Source of the DNA: an uncultured Planctomycetaceae bacterium
GTDB taxonomy: Bacteria; Planctomycetota; Planctomycetia; Planctomycetales; Planctomycetaceae
Reading direction: 5' to 3'
NCBI GenBank assembly: GCA_903858815.1
Contig: CAIOKE010000157.1
Coordinates: 21,682-85,681, forward strand
Length of the DNA stretch: 64,000 bases
This document shows positions 19,212-28,552 of this stretch, in pieces. Below the pieces are notes generated by a model, which saw nothing but the letters and a program-made list of their open reading frames with translations, did not search any database and was not told the origin of the DNA. Position 1 is the stretch's first letter; each line of letters begins with the position of its first letter. A program made the translations under genes and the position numbers.

Positions 19212-20000
19212 TCAGGGAACTTGCGGCTCTGGTCGCGTCAGTGGGCTCTGCTGTCGGCCCTCAAATTCCAACGGAAACTCGCGCTGGTCCGCTCCGGGGC
19301 GAATTTTCAATGGCCCACGATTCGCACGGCCCCCATTCACGGGGACGACGTGCAACCAGCGGCGATCCTTGAGCAGAATCTGCAGCCGCATCACCCGCGA
19401 AAACTCGGCACTGATCCCGTCATCGCGATTGCCGAAGATCGCATCGCCGATATCCCGGACGGCCGGTTCAAACGCCACACTGGCCATCCGGAATGCCGCC
19501 TGAGCATCTGCGGTGCCGAATGCCTCTTTCAGTTCCTGATGCACCGCCGCATTCATCAGGAACGCGTCCCGAAACACAGACCATGTCAGCTCCTGAATCT
19601 GACTGTCTGTGGACGACGAGTGCAGACTTTCCCTGATGACTTCCCGAACCTCAGGATTCTGGCTGATGGCCCGCACAATTCGTTCGGTGGCAGCCACGAA
19701 GTCATCGACCCGCGTTTCCATTGCCGGCCGAATCTCTTCAACCAGAAACCGTTCAAACTCTTTGCGCACCGCATTGCGTTCGGGAAGGGGCGAGACGTCA
19801 TAGAGATATCGCCATGTGAAAGACCACAGTGAAACCCGATCCCATAACTCGCGTCCGATATCGAGCGCAACAGGTCGCATTTCACGCTCGATGATCGGCA
19901 GGATCTGCGACCGCACCAGCGGCACAATTTTCTGCTTCACCACCTCTTCCTGGTAGGACTCGGCAATCCGTGAAATCTGCTCGCGGTGCTTTTCCAGCAC
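19212..20000 (-). CDS. hypothetical protein (262 aa), in frame with the upstream ORF
   Basis: GTG-initiated ORF 9 nt after the TAA of ORF 20010..20567 and in the same frame. Predicted to be helical and charged, with no motif I recognise. Confidence 0.5.
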   Translation of the reverse strand: MLEKHREQISRIAESYQEEVVKQKIVPLVRSQILPIIEREMRPVALDIGRELWDRVSLWSFTWRYLYDVSPLPERNAVRKEFERFLVEEIRPAMETRVDDFVAATERIVRAISQNPEVREVIRESLHSSSTDSQIQELTWSVFRDAFLMNAAVHQELKEAFGTADAQAAFRMASVAFEPAVRDIGDAIFGNRDDGISAEFSRVMRLQILLKDRRWLHVVPVNGGRANRGPLKIRPGADQREFPLEFEGRQQSPLTRPEPQVP

Positions 20001-20009
20001 GGCCGGTAA

Positions 20010-20567
20010 TTATGATTCCACCGCCCGCGCCATCTGTCCCATGGCATCCCGCAGTACGGGCTGCAACCGAGCTGTCAGGGCAGGCCCATGCTGCTCCCAT
20101 TCTCGAGCCAGAATCGTCACGATCTCGGCCCGACGACTTTCCGGCAGCAGCGTTGCTGCCACCCAGTCCAGTGAGGTCGGGGTGGAGTAATAGTGCAGTT
20201 CAAAGCCGTCAGGACACAGACCATTCACCACAGCGTCATCCAGCAGCACAAGGGACTGTCGAGTCGCAGCGGGATCAAACAGATACCCACCTGCCGTGCG
20301 CACCTTTCCAACCTGCCGCACCCTGCCGGCAGCATCAGAAATGAAGACTGGGTCATTGGCAGCCAGAAGCAGCGGAGTCTCAGAAACCCCCTCGTACTGG
20401 ACCATCGCGCCGCCACTCCAGCGACCCAGCTGACGGAACAGCTCAATCACTGAGCCTGTACCGTCGGACTGCTGCACCGCCGCATACGCGCCCCACGCCA
20501 CGGGCAGCGTCCACAACAGACAGCCCAGCGTCATTCGCAGCAGAGAAATCGAGTGAGCACCAGACAC
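20010..20567 (-). CDS. hypothetical protein with N-terminal signal/anchor (185 aa)
   Basis: N-terminus MTLGCLLWTLPVAWGAYAAV (alternative ATG at 20534). Divergent from the BatA-like gene. Confidence 0.5.
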   Translation of the reverse strand: MSGAHSISLLRMTLGCLLWTLPVAWGAYAAVQQSDGTGSVIELFRQLGRWSGGAMVQYEGVSETPLLLAANDPVFISDAAGRVRQVGKVRTAGGYLFDPAATRQSLVLLDDAVVNGLCPDGFELHYYSTPTSLDWVAATLLPESRRAEIVTILAREWEQHGPALTARLQPVLRDAMGQMARAVES

Positions 20568-20772
20568 GGCAGGGATTTCACAAAAGAGGCCACGGAGACC
20601 GGATGGTGGAACCGCGTTCCGCTGGAATTATCTGCAGCTCAGACCTCTGAATCAATCGGAAAGCGTGCGGCAGCACGGAAACTCACAGCTCAACAGCCCC
20701 TTTTCTTGCAAAACAGCGTCCGAATGCTGAAGATCCCCGCTGACGGCTCCAACGTCACCAGAACGGAACCGC

Positions 20773-23199
20773 ATGACGCTCATCAATTCCACAATTCTTG
20801 CAGGACTGCTGCTTGCTGCTGTCCCGCTGATTCTGCATCTGACCATGAAAGCTCGTCCGAAACGGATCGAGTTTCCTGCGCTCAGACTGCTCAAGGCTCG
20901 ACGTACGGCCAACAGTCGCCGGATGCGGCTGCGACAGATCCTGCTGCTGGTCCTGCGCACTCTGCTGATCGTGATTCTTGTCCTGCTTTTCGCGCGTCCT
21001 TCGCTGCCTGCCGCCAACTACAGCCTCCGCTGGTGGGAATGGGCCGGCGCCGCAATCGCTGTCGGACTGGCCTGCGGCAGCTATCACTGGCTCAACCGCC
21101 GTGACTCGGCAAACCACGGCGGCTCCGCCGGATTGCTGCAGCGACGGGGACGCCGTCGCGTCTTCTGCCTGCTGGGTGGTCTGCTGGCCTGCCTGCTGCT
21201 GACCGGGATTCCATGGGGACTGCGAGTTCGGGCGGAGCTGCTGTCACCGGCCAGCGAAGGATCGGAAGACATTCCCGTCGCTGCCGTCTTCCTTATCGAC
21301 AACAGCATCAGCATGAATTACCGACAGGAAAATCTCACCCGCCTCGAATACTCCGGGCTGCTGTGTCGACGACAACTGGAACAATTCCCCGCCGGCAGTC
21401 GCTCAGCAATTCTCAGTACACAGGCCGACGATGAAGTCATCTTCCAGTCCGATACCGGCAGCGTCGCCACTCGACTGGAATCACTGGCAGTGACCGCTGT
21501 TCCAACGCGATTGAACCGGCAGTTGCGACTGGCCGTCGAATCACAGCAGGAAGACCGCCAAAGGACCCAGCAGGAAGCCGGACTGGGTGGTTCTGCGGAT
21601 CAGTACGTACGCGAAATCTACGTGTTCACCGACTTCTCGAAAACAGCGTGGCAGCTACCTGACGAATCACAGATCACGGAACTGCTGCAGGAACTGGACT
21701 GGCTCAATATCTACCTCGTGGATGTCTCAGTGCCGCAACCAGTCAACGCCGGACTTGCTGACCTGCGAATTTCCGAACAATCGATTGTCAGTGGTCGCGA
21801 TCTGCTGCTGAATCTGACAGTGCGTTCCACCAGTGGACTGCCCGCAGCCGCCCGGCTGGAAGCCTCCATCATTGACCCCGGCGGCCGCGAAACACCCGCA
21901 GCCCCCCCCGCCAGTGTGCGACTTGACGGCACTGCCAGCCGCGTCCAACTGGCCATTCGCATCCCGCCCAACACCGCGTGGGTCGAAGGCAGTGTCCGAC
22001 TGGCAGCCGAAGATCCGCTGATGGATGATAACGTCCGCAGCTTCACCTGTGCCGTCCGACCGCCGCCCAGAATCCTGCTGATGGCCGATCGCACCGAAGA
22101 AACACTCTACCTGAAAAACGCACTGCAGCCTGAAGAGCTGGAACGAGCCGGGATCCGACAGTGTGAATGTCAGGTCGCAGCGACCGCAGCGGCGGCAGAA
22201 CTGAACTTCTCAGACTACGATGCCGTCATGCTGCTTAACCCGGGGCGGCCCGATGAAACCCTCTGGAATGCCCTGCGAAAGTATTCCGAATCCGGAGGTG
22301 GTGTTTTCATCGTCGCCGGTTCTGCCCGTATTCAGCCAGCCCTCTGGTCCACCCCCACCGCCCGCAGCCTGCTGCCAGCAGTCCCGCTCACCATCGTCAA
22401 ATACCTCGACACACCCGGCTATCTCAATCTGACCGAACAAAACGGTGTCTCGCGCATGTTTCTGCAGGATGACAACCTGCGAACTGAACTTGCCGCCGTG
22501 GCCTTCGATCGCTGCTGGGCGGTGGAAACAGATCCCGCAGCCCGCGTCCTGATGCAGTTCACCGGCCCGGCTGATCGAGCAGCACTGCTGGAACGAACTG
22601 TCGGTAAAGGACGCTGCGTCCTGTTCACCTCAGCCATGGATAACCTGACCGATGGTGGCAACCTCTGGAATAATCTGCCCGCCAGCTGGAGCTTTCTGGT
22701 GCTGGCCGACAGCCTGCTGCAGCACCTGACCAACGCTTCCGACACTCGCTGCAATTACACAGCCGGACAACCCGTCAGTCTTGTGATCCCCGAAAATCGC
22801 AGGTTTCAGCAGTACCTGCTGCGACGGCCAGGTCTGCGACAAACACGCGGACAACTGGATCCCCAAACCTCAGAAATCCTGCTCACCGATGCTGAAGAAC
22901 CGGGACACTACCTGCTGCAGGCACTGGATGCCGCCACAGGCTTCGATGCAGCATTCGCAGTCAACTTTCGCGATGAAGAAACAGATCTGACAAAAATCAC
23001 GGATGACGAACTACAGCTACTGACCGGCGACCGCCGAGCAGTCGTCATTCACGACCCGGAACAACTTGTGGCCATCCAGCGCACAGGACGACTGGGCGTC
23101 GAGATTCTGCCGCTGCTGCTGGGCCTGCTGCTGCTGCTGTTCTGCGCAGAACACCTGATGTCCAACTTCTTCTATGACGCACCCGATAGTGCCGGCTGA
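20773..23199 (+). CDS. BatA-N-terminal-domain membrane protein with a vWA-like region (808 aa)
   Basis: MTLINSTILAGLLLAAVPLILHLTMKARPKRIEFPALRLL matches the aerotolerance-regulator (BatA) N-terminal double-TM domain. It has a vWA-like AAVFLIDNSISMN stretch and a C-terminal TM segment ILPLLLGLLLLLFCAEHL. Confidence 0.75.
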   Translation: MTLINSTILAGLLLAAVPLILHLTMKARPKRIEFPALRLLKARRTANSRRMRLRQILLLVLRTLLIVILVLLFARPSLPAANYSLRWWEWAGAAIAVGLACGSYHWLNRRDSANHGGSAGLLQRRGRRRVFCLLGGLLACLLLTGIPWGLRVRAELLSPASEGSEDIPVAAVFLIDNSISMNYRQENLTRLEYSGLLCRRQLEQFPAGSRSAILSTQADDEVIFQSDTGSVATRLESLAVTAVPTRLNRQLRLAVESQQEDRQRTQQEAGLGGSADQYVREIYVFTDFSKTAWQLPDESQITELLQELDWLNIYLVDVSVPQPVNAGLADLRISEQSIVSGRDLLLNLTVRSTSGLPAAARLEASIIDPGGRETPAAPPASVRLDGTASRVQLAIRIPPNTAWVEGSVRLAAEDPLMDDNVRSFTCAVRPPPRILLMADRTEETLYLKNALQPEELERAGIRQCECQVAATAAAAELNFSDYDAVMLLNPGRPDETLWNALRKYSESGGGVFIVAGSARIQPALWSTPTARSLLPAVPLTIVKYLDTPGYLNLTEQNGVSRMFLQDDNLRTELAAVAFDRCWAVETDPAARVLMQFTGPADRAALLERTVGKGRCVLFTSAMDNLTDGGNLWNNLPASWSFLVLADSLLQHLTNASDTRCNYTAGQPVSLVIPENRRFQQYLLRRPGLRQTRGQLDPQTSEILLTDAEEPGHYLLQALDAATGFDAAFAVNFRDEETDLTKITDDELQLLTGDRRAVVIHDPEQLVAIQRTGRLGVEILPLLLGLLLLLFCAEHLMSNFFYDAPDSAG

Positions 23200-23212
23200 T
23201 CACAGCGCCGGC
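23191..23212. terminator. hairpin spanning the abutting convergent stop codons of the BatA-like gene and trpS
   Basis: GCCGGCTG-ATCA-CAGC(G)CCGGC, an 8-bp stem with one bulge and no U-tract. Its function as a bidirectional terminator is speculative. Confidence 0.3.
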
Positions 23213-24177
23213 TGGGCAGTCAGACCACAGGCTTCTCGTACTCGAGCCACAACCTGCTGCGCCCGCGCTCGCGCTTTGCAGGCTCCCTGTCGCAGAATCT
23301 CTTCCAGCTGATCCGGATTGGCTTCCAGTTCAGCACGACGCTCAAAGGCCCGACCAAAGGTTTCCATGGCCGCCTGATACAGCTGCTCCTTGGCCTCTCC
23401 ATAACCCATGCCCCCGGCCTCATACCGCTGCCGCAATGCCGCCTGACGCGACTCATCTGCAAACAGCCGATACAGCTGGAAGACCGTGCACGCATCCGCG
23501 TTCTTCACGTCCTCCATCGCAGCCGAATCCGTACGAATTCCCATGATCAGCTTACGCAGCTTCTTCGGAGTCTCAAAGATCGGGATCGTGTTGCCGTAAC
23601 TCTTCGACATCTTCTCACCATCCAGACCCGGGACCTTTGCCGATTCCGGTAACACCATCGCCTCAGGCAGCTGCAGCGTATCTCCATAAATCGTATTGAA
23701 TCGCTGCGCCAGATCCCGCGCCACTTCAACATGCTGGATCTGGTCAGCGCCAACCGGCACATGAGTACTGTCGTAGGCCAGAATGTCGGCCGCCATCAGA
23801 ACCGGATAGGTGAACAGCCCGGCATCCGCCGCCAACCCCTTCGCCTTCTTGTCCTTGTAAGCGTGACACTTCTCCAGCAGGTGCATCTGAGTAATCGTCA
23901 TCAGCAGCCACGTCAGCTCTGTCACTTCGGGCACATCCGACTGCCGAAACAGACAGGCCTTTTCAGGATCCAGCCCCAGCGCCAGCAGATCCATCGCCGC
24001 ATCACGAATGTTCTGACGCAGCTGATCACGATCCCGAATCGTTGTCAGCGCATGAAAGTCGGCAATGAAAAAAAAGGACTGCTCCTGCCCCTGCAAGGCA
24101 ATGTACTGGCGGATTGCACCAAAGTAGTTGCCCCAGTGAAAACGACCCGTGGGCTGGATACCGGATAGAACTTTCAT
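23200..24177 (-). CDS. trpS: tryptophan--tRNA ligase
   Basis: [22 protein letters not shown] (HIGH-type region) and KMSKSYGN (KMSKS). The start is set at the ATG at 24177. Confidence 0.93.
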   Translation of the reverse strand: MKVLSGIQPTGRFHWGNYFGAIRQYIALQGQEQSFFFIADFHALTTIRDRDQLRQNIRDAAMDLLALGLDPEKACLFRQSDVPEVTELTWLLMTITQMHLLEKCHAYKDKKAKGLAADAGLFTYPVLMAADILAYDSTHVPVGADQIQHVEVARDLAQRFNTIYGDTLQLPEAMVLPESAKVPGLDGEKMSKSYGNTIPIFETPKKLRKLIMGIRTDSAAMEDVKNADACTVFQLYRLFADESRQAALRQRYEAGGMGYGEAKEQLYQAAMETFGRAFERRAELEANPDQLEEILRQGACKARARAQQVVARVREACGLTAQPAL

Positions 24178-24190
24178 GGATGTACCAGAA

Positions 24191-25111
24191 TCATTTCGAA
24201 GTGTTTTGAGTATGCAGGCAGCCAATGATGTCCGATAACCCCGCAGCCCCCAGCGACCGAATCGCCTCAGGCAGTTCAGTGATCAGCTGATTGGCCAGCC
24301 CCGGATTGTAGAAATTCGCGGTGCCAATCTGCACCGCAGATGCTCCAGCCACCAGAAATTCCATCACGTCGTCCAGCGACTGGATCCCGCCGATGCCGAT
24401 AATCGGTACCTGCACGGCACGCCGTACCTGCCAGACAATCCGTAACGCCAGCGGCTTGATGGCAGGGCCACTTAACCCACCGAGCACATTACCCAGCACC
24501 GGTCGCCGTCGCCGCCAGTCAATCGCCATCCCCTGAAACGTGTTCACCAGCGAGACCGCATCAGCCCCCGCATCAGCTGCCGCCTGAGCAATCGGTACTA
24601 CACTGGTGACATTGGGAGTCAGCTTGGCCAGCACCGGCAGACTGCACGACTGCCGAACAGATCGCACCACCTGACCAGCCAGCTCCGGATCCGTCCCGAA
24701 ATCCACCCCCCCGGAAACATTCGGACAGGAAATGTTCAATTCGATCGCTGCCACCCCAGGAACCGTCTCAAGAACTTCCGCCATCCGCGGGAAATCGTCC
24801 ATGCACTTCCCGGCAATATTCACAATGATGGCAGTGCCAAGACTGAGCAGCCATGGCAGTTTCTCTGCCACAAACTGATCAAACCCATCGTTGTCCAGAC
24901 CGATGGAATTCAGCATGCCACTGGCAGTTTCGACGGTTCGTGGCGGAGGATTGCCGGGACGGGGCGCCGGAGTCACGGTCTTCGGAATAATTCCGCCCAG
25001 CTTATCAAAGTCCACAAACGCCGACATTTCTCGCGCATAACCAAAGGTTCCCGAAGCCACGAGAATCGGGTTTTTCAGATGCAACCTGTTCAGTCGGACG
25101 CTCAGATCCAT
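24191..25111 (-). CDS. pyrD: dihydroorotate dehydrogenase, class 1 catalytic subunit
   Basis: [29 protein letters not shown]...NISCPNV...[14 protein letters not shown]...IIGIGGI. An alternative GTG start lies at 25123. Confidence 0.9.
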   Translation of the reverse strand: MDLSVRLNRLHLKNPILVASGTFGYAREMSAFVDFDKLGGIIPKTVTPAPRPGNPPPRTVETASGMLNSIGLDNDGFDQFVAEKLPWLLSLGTAIIVNIAGKCMDDFPRMAEVLETVPGVAAIELNISCPNVSGGVDFGTDPELAGQVVRSVRQSCSLPVLAKLTPNVTSVVPIAQAAADAGADAVSLVNTFQGMAIDWRRRRPVLGNVLGGLSGPAIKPLALRIVWQVRRAVQVPIIGIGGIQSLDDVMEFLVAGASAVQIGTANFYNPGLANQLITELPEAIRSLGAAGLSDIIGCLHTQNTSK

Positions 25112-25571
25112 GGTTTTCAGCACTTCTGCGGGCAGAGAACTGTCAGCAAATCCGCTCAGACGTCAGAAAACGCCTGCGCCATCTCAACGGAATCATAACA
25201 AAAATCAGAGAGAATCGGGAGAATCGAGGGCGGGATTTGGACAGCAACCGTCCGCAGCACAACCACTGGCAGCGATTCCAACACCCGGCCACAGCCGGAC
25301 CAACTCTCACGAATACCAAAAAACACCACTTTTTCCCGCTCTTACCCGGCCAACTGCCGGCCAGATCCGGATCCCCGCATGACACCAAACCTGAGAAGTA
25401 CACAGCCAACTGCCCCACAGAAACTCCGGAACTCTTCAAAAACCCTGCTTGCACCGCCTGCGCCGGCACAGGTACGATCAGTTTTCTCGTGCTGGAAACT
25501 CCTTCCTTGCCCCGCACCCAAATGTCCTGCTGGCTGAAACTCGACTCACCTCCGCGAATTCAGGCACTGTC

Positions 25572-26591
25572 ATGAATGCAACTCAGCAGAACAGACTGTT
25601 CCTCGGAATCGATCTGGGTGGCACCAACATCAAAGCCGGTGTCGTCAACTACGACGGCGTCCCACTCGGATTCAGCAGTGTTCCCACCGAATCACAACAC
25701 GGACCGGATCACGGCATCAGGCAGATGGTACTGGCGGCACACAATGCACTGCAGACCGCCGGGGTAACTCGTGAACAGCTCACCGCAGTGGGACTGGCCA
25801 GCCCCGGCACCATGGATATCCCCTCCGGCATGCTGCTGGAACCCACCAATCTGCCTGGCTGGAATCAATTCCCGATTCGCGCCCGCGTCGCCCAGGCACT
25901 GCAATTACCCACCATTCTGCAGAACGATGCAAATGCCGCCGCTTACGGAGAATACTGGGCCGGGCAGGCAAAACATGCACAAAGCCTCGCCTTCTACACG
26001 CTCGGCACCGGCCTCGGCGGGGGACTCATCGTCGATGACCACATCATTGAAGGCCGGCATTCTCACGGCGGTGAACTGGGACATGTCATTCTTGAAATGC
26101 ACGGCGGTCGTTACTGCAACACAGGGCAGTACGGGACCGCGGAAGCCTACGTCAGCGCCACTGCTCTGCTCCGCCGCTTCAACGAACAACTGGAAGCCGG
26201 AGCAGTCACGTCCGTCAGTCGCCGACTGCAGTCAGGCCACACCCTGACTCCACTGCTGATCGCCGAAGAAGCCGAACACGGCGATCACCTGTCACTGGAA
26301 CTGATCATGGAAATGGCGCAGTACCTGGGCGCCACCATCACCTCCTGCGCTCACGTCATCGACCCCGAAATGGTCCTGCTGGGTGGGGCCATGACTTTCG
26401 GACGCGACACAACGCTGGTAGGACGGGAATTCATGCAGCGAGTCCGTCAGGAGTTCCGGACGCGGACATTCCCCACACTCGCTGAAAAAATCACCATTGA
26501 CTGGGCTTCACTGGGCGGCGACGCAGGGTTCATCGGTGCCGCTGGCTGCGCACGACTGGCTTTCAACAAAGGCCGATTGCCCCACGACTGA
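25572..26591 (+). CDS. ROK-family sugar kinase (glucokinase-like)
   Basis: LFLGIDLGGTNIKAGVV (ATP-binding DxGGT motif), NDANAAAYGE and GTGLGGGLIV. The start is set at the ATG at 25572 (MNATQQN). Confidence 0.85.
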   Translation: MNATQQNRLFLGIDLGGTNIKAGVVNYDGVPLGFSSVPTESQHGPDHGIRQMVLAAHNALQTAGVTREQLTAVGLASPGTMDIPSGMLLEPTNLPGWNQFPIRARVAQALQLPTILQNDANAAAYGEYWAGQAKHAQSLAFYTLGTGLGGGLIVDDHIIEGRHSHGGELGHVILEMHGGRYCNTGQYGTAEAYVSATALLRRFNEQLEAGAVTSVSRRLQSGHTLTPLLIAEEAEHGDHLSLELIMEMAQYLGATITSCAHVIDPEMVLLGGAMTFGRDTTLVGREFMQRVRQEFRTRTFPTLAEKITIDWASLGGDAGFIGAAGCARLAFNKGRLPHD

Positions 26592-26614
26592 TCCCGCACA
26601 TCAACGACCTGCAG

Positions 26615-27436
26615 TCAGCGCGAACCAGCCCGGACCGGCGCCGCAGTCGACAGAAAACCGGCCGGCGATTCACTGCGCGGCAGACGCAGAGTAAAGGTCG
26701 TGCCTCGACCCACCTCACTCTCAACCCGAATCCTGCCGTGATGGGACTCCACAATCTTCAGACACACCGCCAGACCCAGACCAGTACCACCCTGACCACG
26801 TTCATCCGGAGCTTTTGTGGTGTAGAAGGACTCAAAAATCCGGGGCAGCTTGTCCTGAGGAATCCCGCAGCCAGTGTCCGAAACCACCAGCTCGGCCCAG
26901 CCTTCGTCAGGATTGTCACGCACGATCAGCCGCAGTCGACCAGCTTCCTTCATGGCCTGCCGCGCATTCACAATCAGATTCATCAGCAGCTGCTGGATCT
27001 GGCTGGAATTTGCCAGCGCCCACACGTTGTCCGCCGCCTGCAGATCCACAGAAATCCGATGCATCTGCAGATCCTTCTGCACCAGCACCAGCACGTCCTC
27101 AAGCAGGCGCTTCAGATCCTGAGGCTCAATCCGGCTGGAAGTGCTGCGAGCGTATGACAGCATCCCGGTTGTTATCTTCGCTGCCCGCTGAGATGCCGTC
27201 AGGATCCGATCCAGTGCCTTGGTGCGAGTGGCTTCGTCCGGATGACGCAAACCCATCTTCGCGTAGTTGATCACAGTCGTCAGGATATTGTTGAACTCAT
27301 GAGTGATCGACGAAGCCAGAGCCCCGACCGAACTGAGCCTTTGCGCACGCATCAGCTCCTCTTCGAGACGAGCCAGACGCTCTTTCAGTTCCTGAACCTG
27401 CTGTACTGGATCGGTCATATCTGACGCCGAGGACAA
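26615..27436 (-). CDS. soluble sensor histidine kinase (HisKA + HATPase_c) with no adjacent response regulator
   Basis: H-box SSITHEFNNILTTV, N-box LMNLIVNARQAM, G-boxes VSDTGCGIP and GGTGLGLAV, plus an N-terminal coiled coil. The start is TTG at 27436; an alternative ATG lies at 27418. Confidence 0.8.
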   Translation of the reverse strand: MSSASDMTDPVQQVQELKERLARLEEELMRAQRLSSVGALASSITHEFNNILTTVINYAKMGLRHPDEATRTKALDRILTASQRAAKITTGMLSYARSTSSRIEPQDLKRLLEDVLVLVQKDLQMHRISVDLQAADNVWALANSSQIQQLLMNLIVNARQAMKEAGRLRLIVRDNPDEGWAELVVSDTGCGIPQDKLPRIFESFYTTKAPDERGQGGTGLGLAVCLKIVESHHGRIRVESEVGRGTTFTLRLPRSESPAGFLSTAAPVRAGSR

Positions 27437-27650
27437 AAGTCCGTTTGGGCCGTGAAACTGGGCCTGAATGGAAGAAAAACACAGGGTTTTTGGAGAGCTG
27501 GTGAAGGGCGGGAATTCCGAGGCGACCAGCTGTCCCGAACATCATGCCTGCCGCCGCCTGCCCTCTGCTGCCACCCGCTCCCTGCTCCCTATCGTCACAA
27601 TCGCTGTCTCCGCTGCAGTCGTCCTGATTGCCATTCAGGACAAACCCCGG

Positions 27651-27683
27651 AAAAACAACAAACCCCTCGCGGTCCGCGAGAGG
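27651..27683 (-). terminator. rho-independent terminator of the Lys-rich protein gene
   Basis: The minus-strand RNA reads CCUCUCGCG-GAC-CGCGAGGGG (9-bp stem with one G-U) followed by UUUGUUGUUUUU, 34 nt after the stop codon. Confidence 0.6.
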
Positions 27684-27716
27684 TTGTCGGGAAAAGCCTG
27701 CCGATCACTCAGAACA

Positions 27717-28193
27717 TCAGCTTTTTGACGCAGCAGCCACAGGTTTCTTTGCTGAATCAGAACTCTTTGCCGTCGCTGACTTCTTCGCAGTTGTGGACTT
27801 CTGCGACGCTGCCGGCTTTGGGGACGACGTCGATCTGGATGCAGCAGTCGTCTTTTTCGCTGTTGACGGCTGCTTCACGGTCGACGGCTTCTTTGTCGAC
27901 GGCTTCTTTGTGGCAGCCGATTTCTTCTGTGTCGGCTTGCTGTCTGACGACTTTTTCACGGTCGGCTTCTTCTCTGCAGTCTTCTTCCGGGCTGTCGGCT
28001 TTTTGTCGACTGCTGACTTCTTTTCTGCAGCCGGTTGCTTCGCGCTGGTATCAGACGAGGCCGCCGATCTGGCCACAGTTGGTACCGACTTGCCGGTGGC
28101 CGGCGTTTTGTCGTCGGCAGCCGACAGATTCAGCCCCAGAGTCATTGCGAAGGCGACACACAGCACACCAGTGGATTTCAGAAATCTGTTCAT
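27717..28193 (-). CDS. secreted Lys/Ser/Thr/Ala/Pro-rich low-complexity protein (158 aa)
   Basis: The ATG at 28193 gives signal peptide MNRFLKSTGVLCVAFAMTLGLNLSAA. About 133 residues of KKPT/KKPS/AKK-type repeats follow, with about 31 Lys by my count. Its own terminator lies downstream. Confidence 0.6.
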   Translation of the reverse strand: MNRFLKSTGVLCVAFAMTLGLNLSAADDKTPATGKSVPTVARSAASSDTSAKQPAAEKKSAVDKKPTARKKTAEKKPTVKKSSDSKPTQKKSAATKKPSTKKPSTVKQPSTAKKTTAASRSTSSPKPAASQKSTTAKKSATAKSSDSAKKPVAAASKS

Positions 28194-28354
28194 CGGAACG
28201 TCCCCCTTTTTTCGACCAGCGATCCGGAAACCGGAGTTCATGCCTGTCACGTTGACAGCATCACCTGAAATTGTCACGTCCGGCTTCCACAGTTTCCGAT
28301 TCCACCAAGTCGCCCGACGAATGTCAAAGGGACGAAACAGAAAACCTACGTAGG

Positions 28355-28371
28355 GTGGCAAATATTGCCAC
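28355..28371. promoter_or_regulatory. perfect 17-bp palindrome GTGGCAA-ATA-TTGCCAC upstream of the Lys-rich protein gene
   Basis: Read directly from the sequence, about 165 bp upstream of the ATG at 28193. It is a candidate operator with an unknown binding protein. Confidence 0.35.
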
Positions 28372-28552
28372 ACATTTACAGTTGTATCGATTCCACCGCT
28401 TAACCCGACCAACAGACACACAAAACCGAAGCAACGAGAAATCCTGCGCGCAGCTGCTGGCCTCTGCCTGCCGGGGTTGGCGAAAAACGCACCGCAGACG
28501 GCCTCGGTGCCAGGAAAAACGCAATCGCTCAGACGCAAACGACACTACACGT

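Noticed and set aside
20010-20012. In-frame stop between the two hypothetical ORFs as a selenocysteine or pyrrolysine recoding site.
   Set aside because: The codon is TAA, not TGA or TAG. No SECIS-like hairpin is evident immediately downstream. Only generic readthrough, mutation or a genuine gene boundary remain as explanations.
27628-28353. 241-aa plus-strand ORF rich in Phe/Asp/Val/Ala (FFAVDGFFVDGFF...).
   Set aside because: It is the mirror image of the Lys-rich minus-strand gene (AAG/AAA read as CTT/TTT). The minus-strand ORF has a proper signal peptide and a downstream terminator, and the plus-strand ORF has neither.
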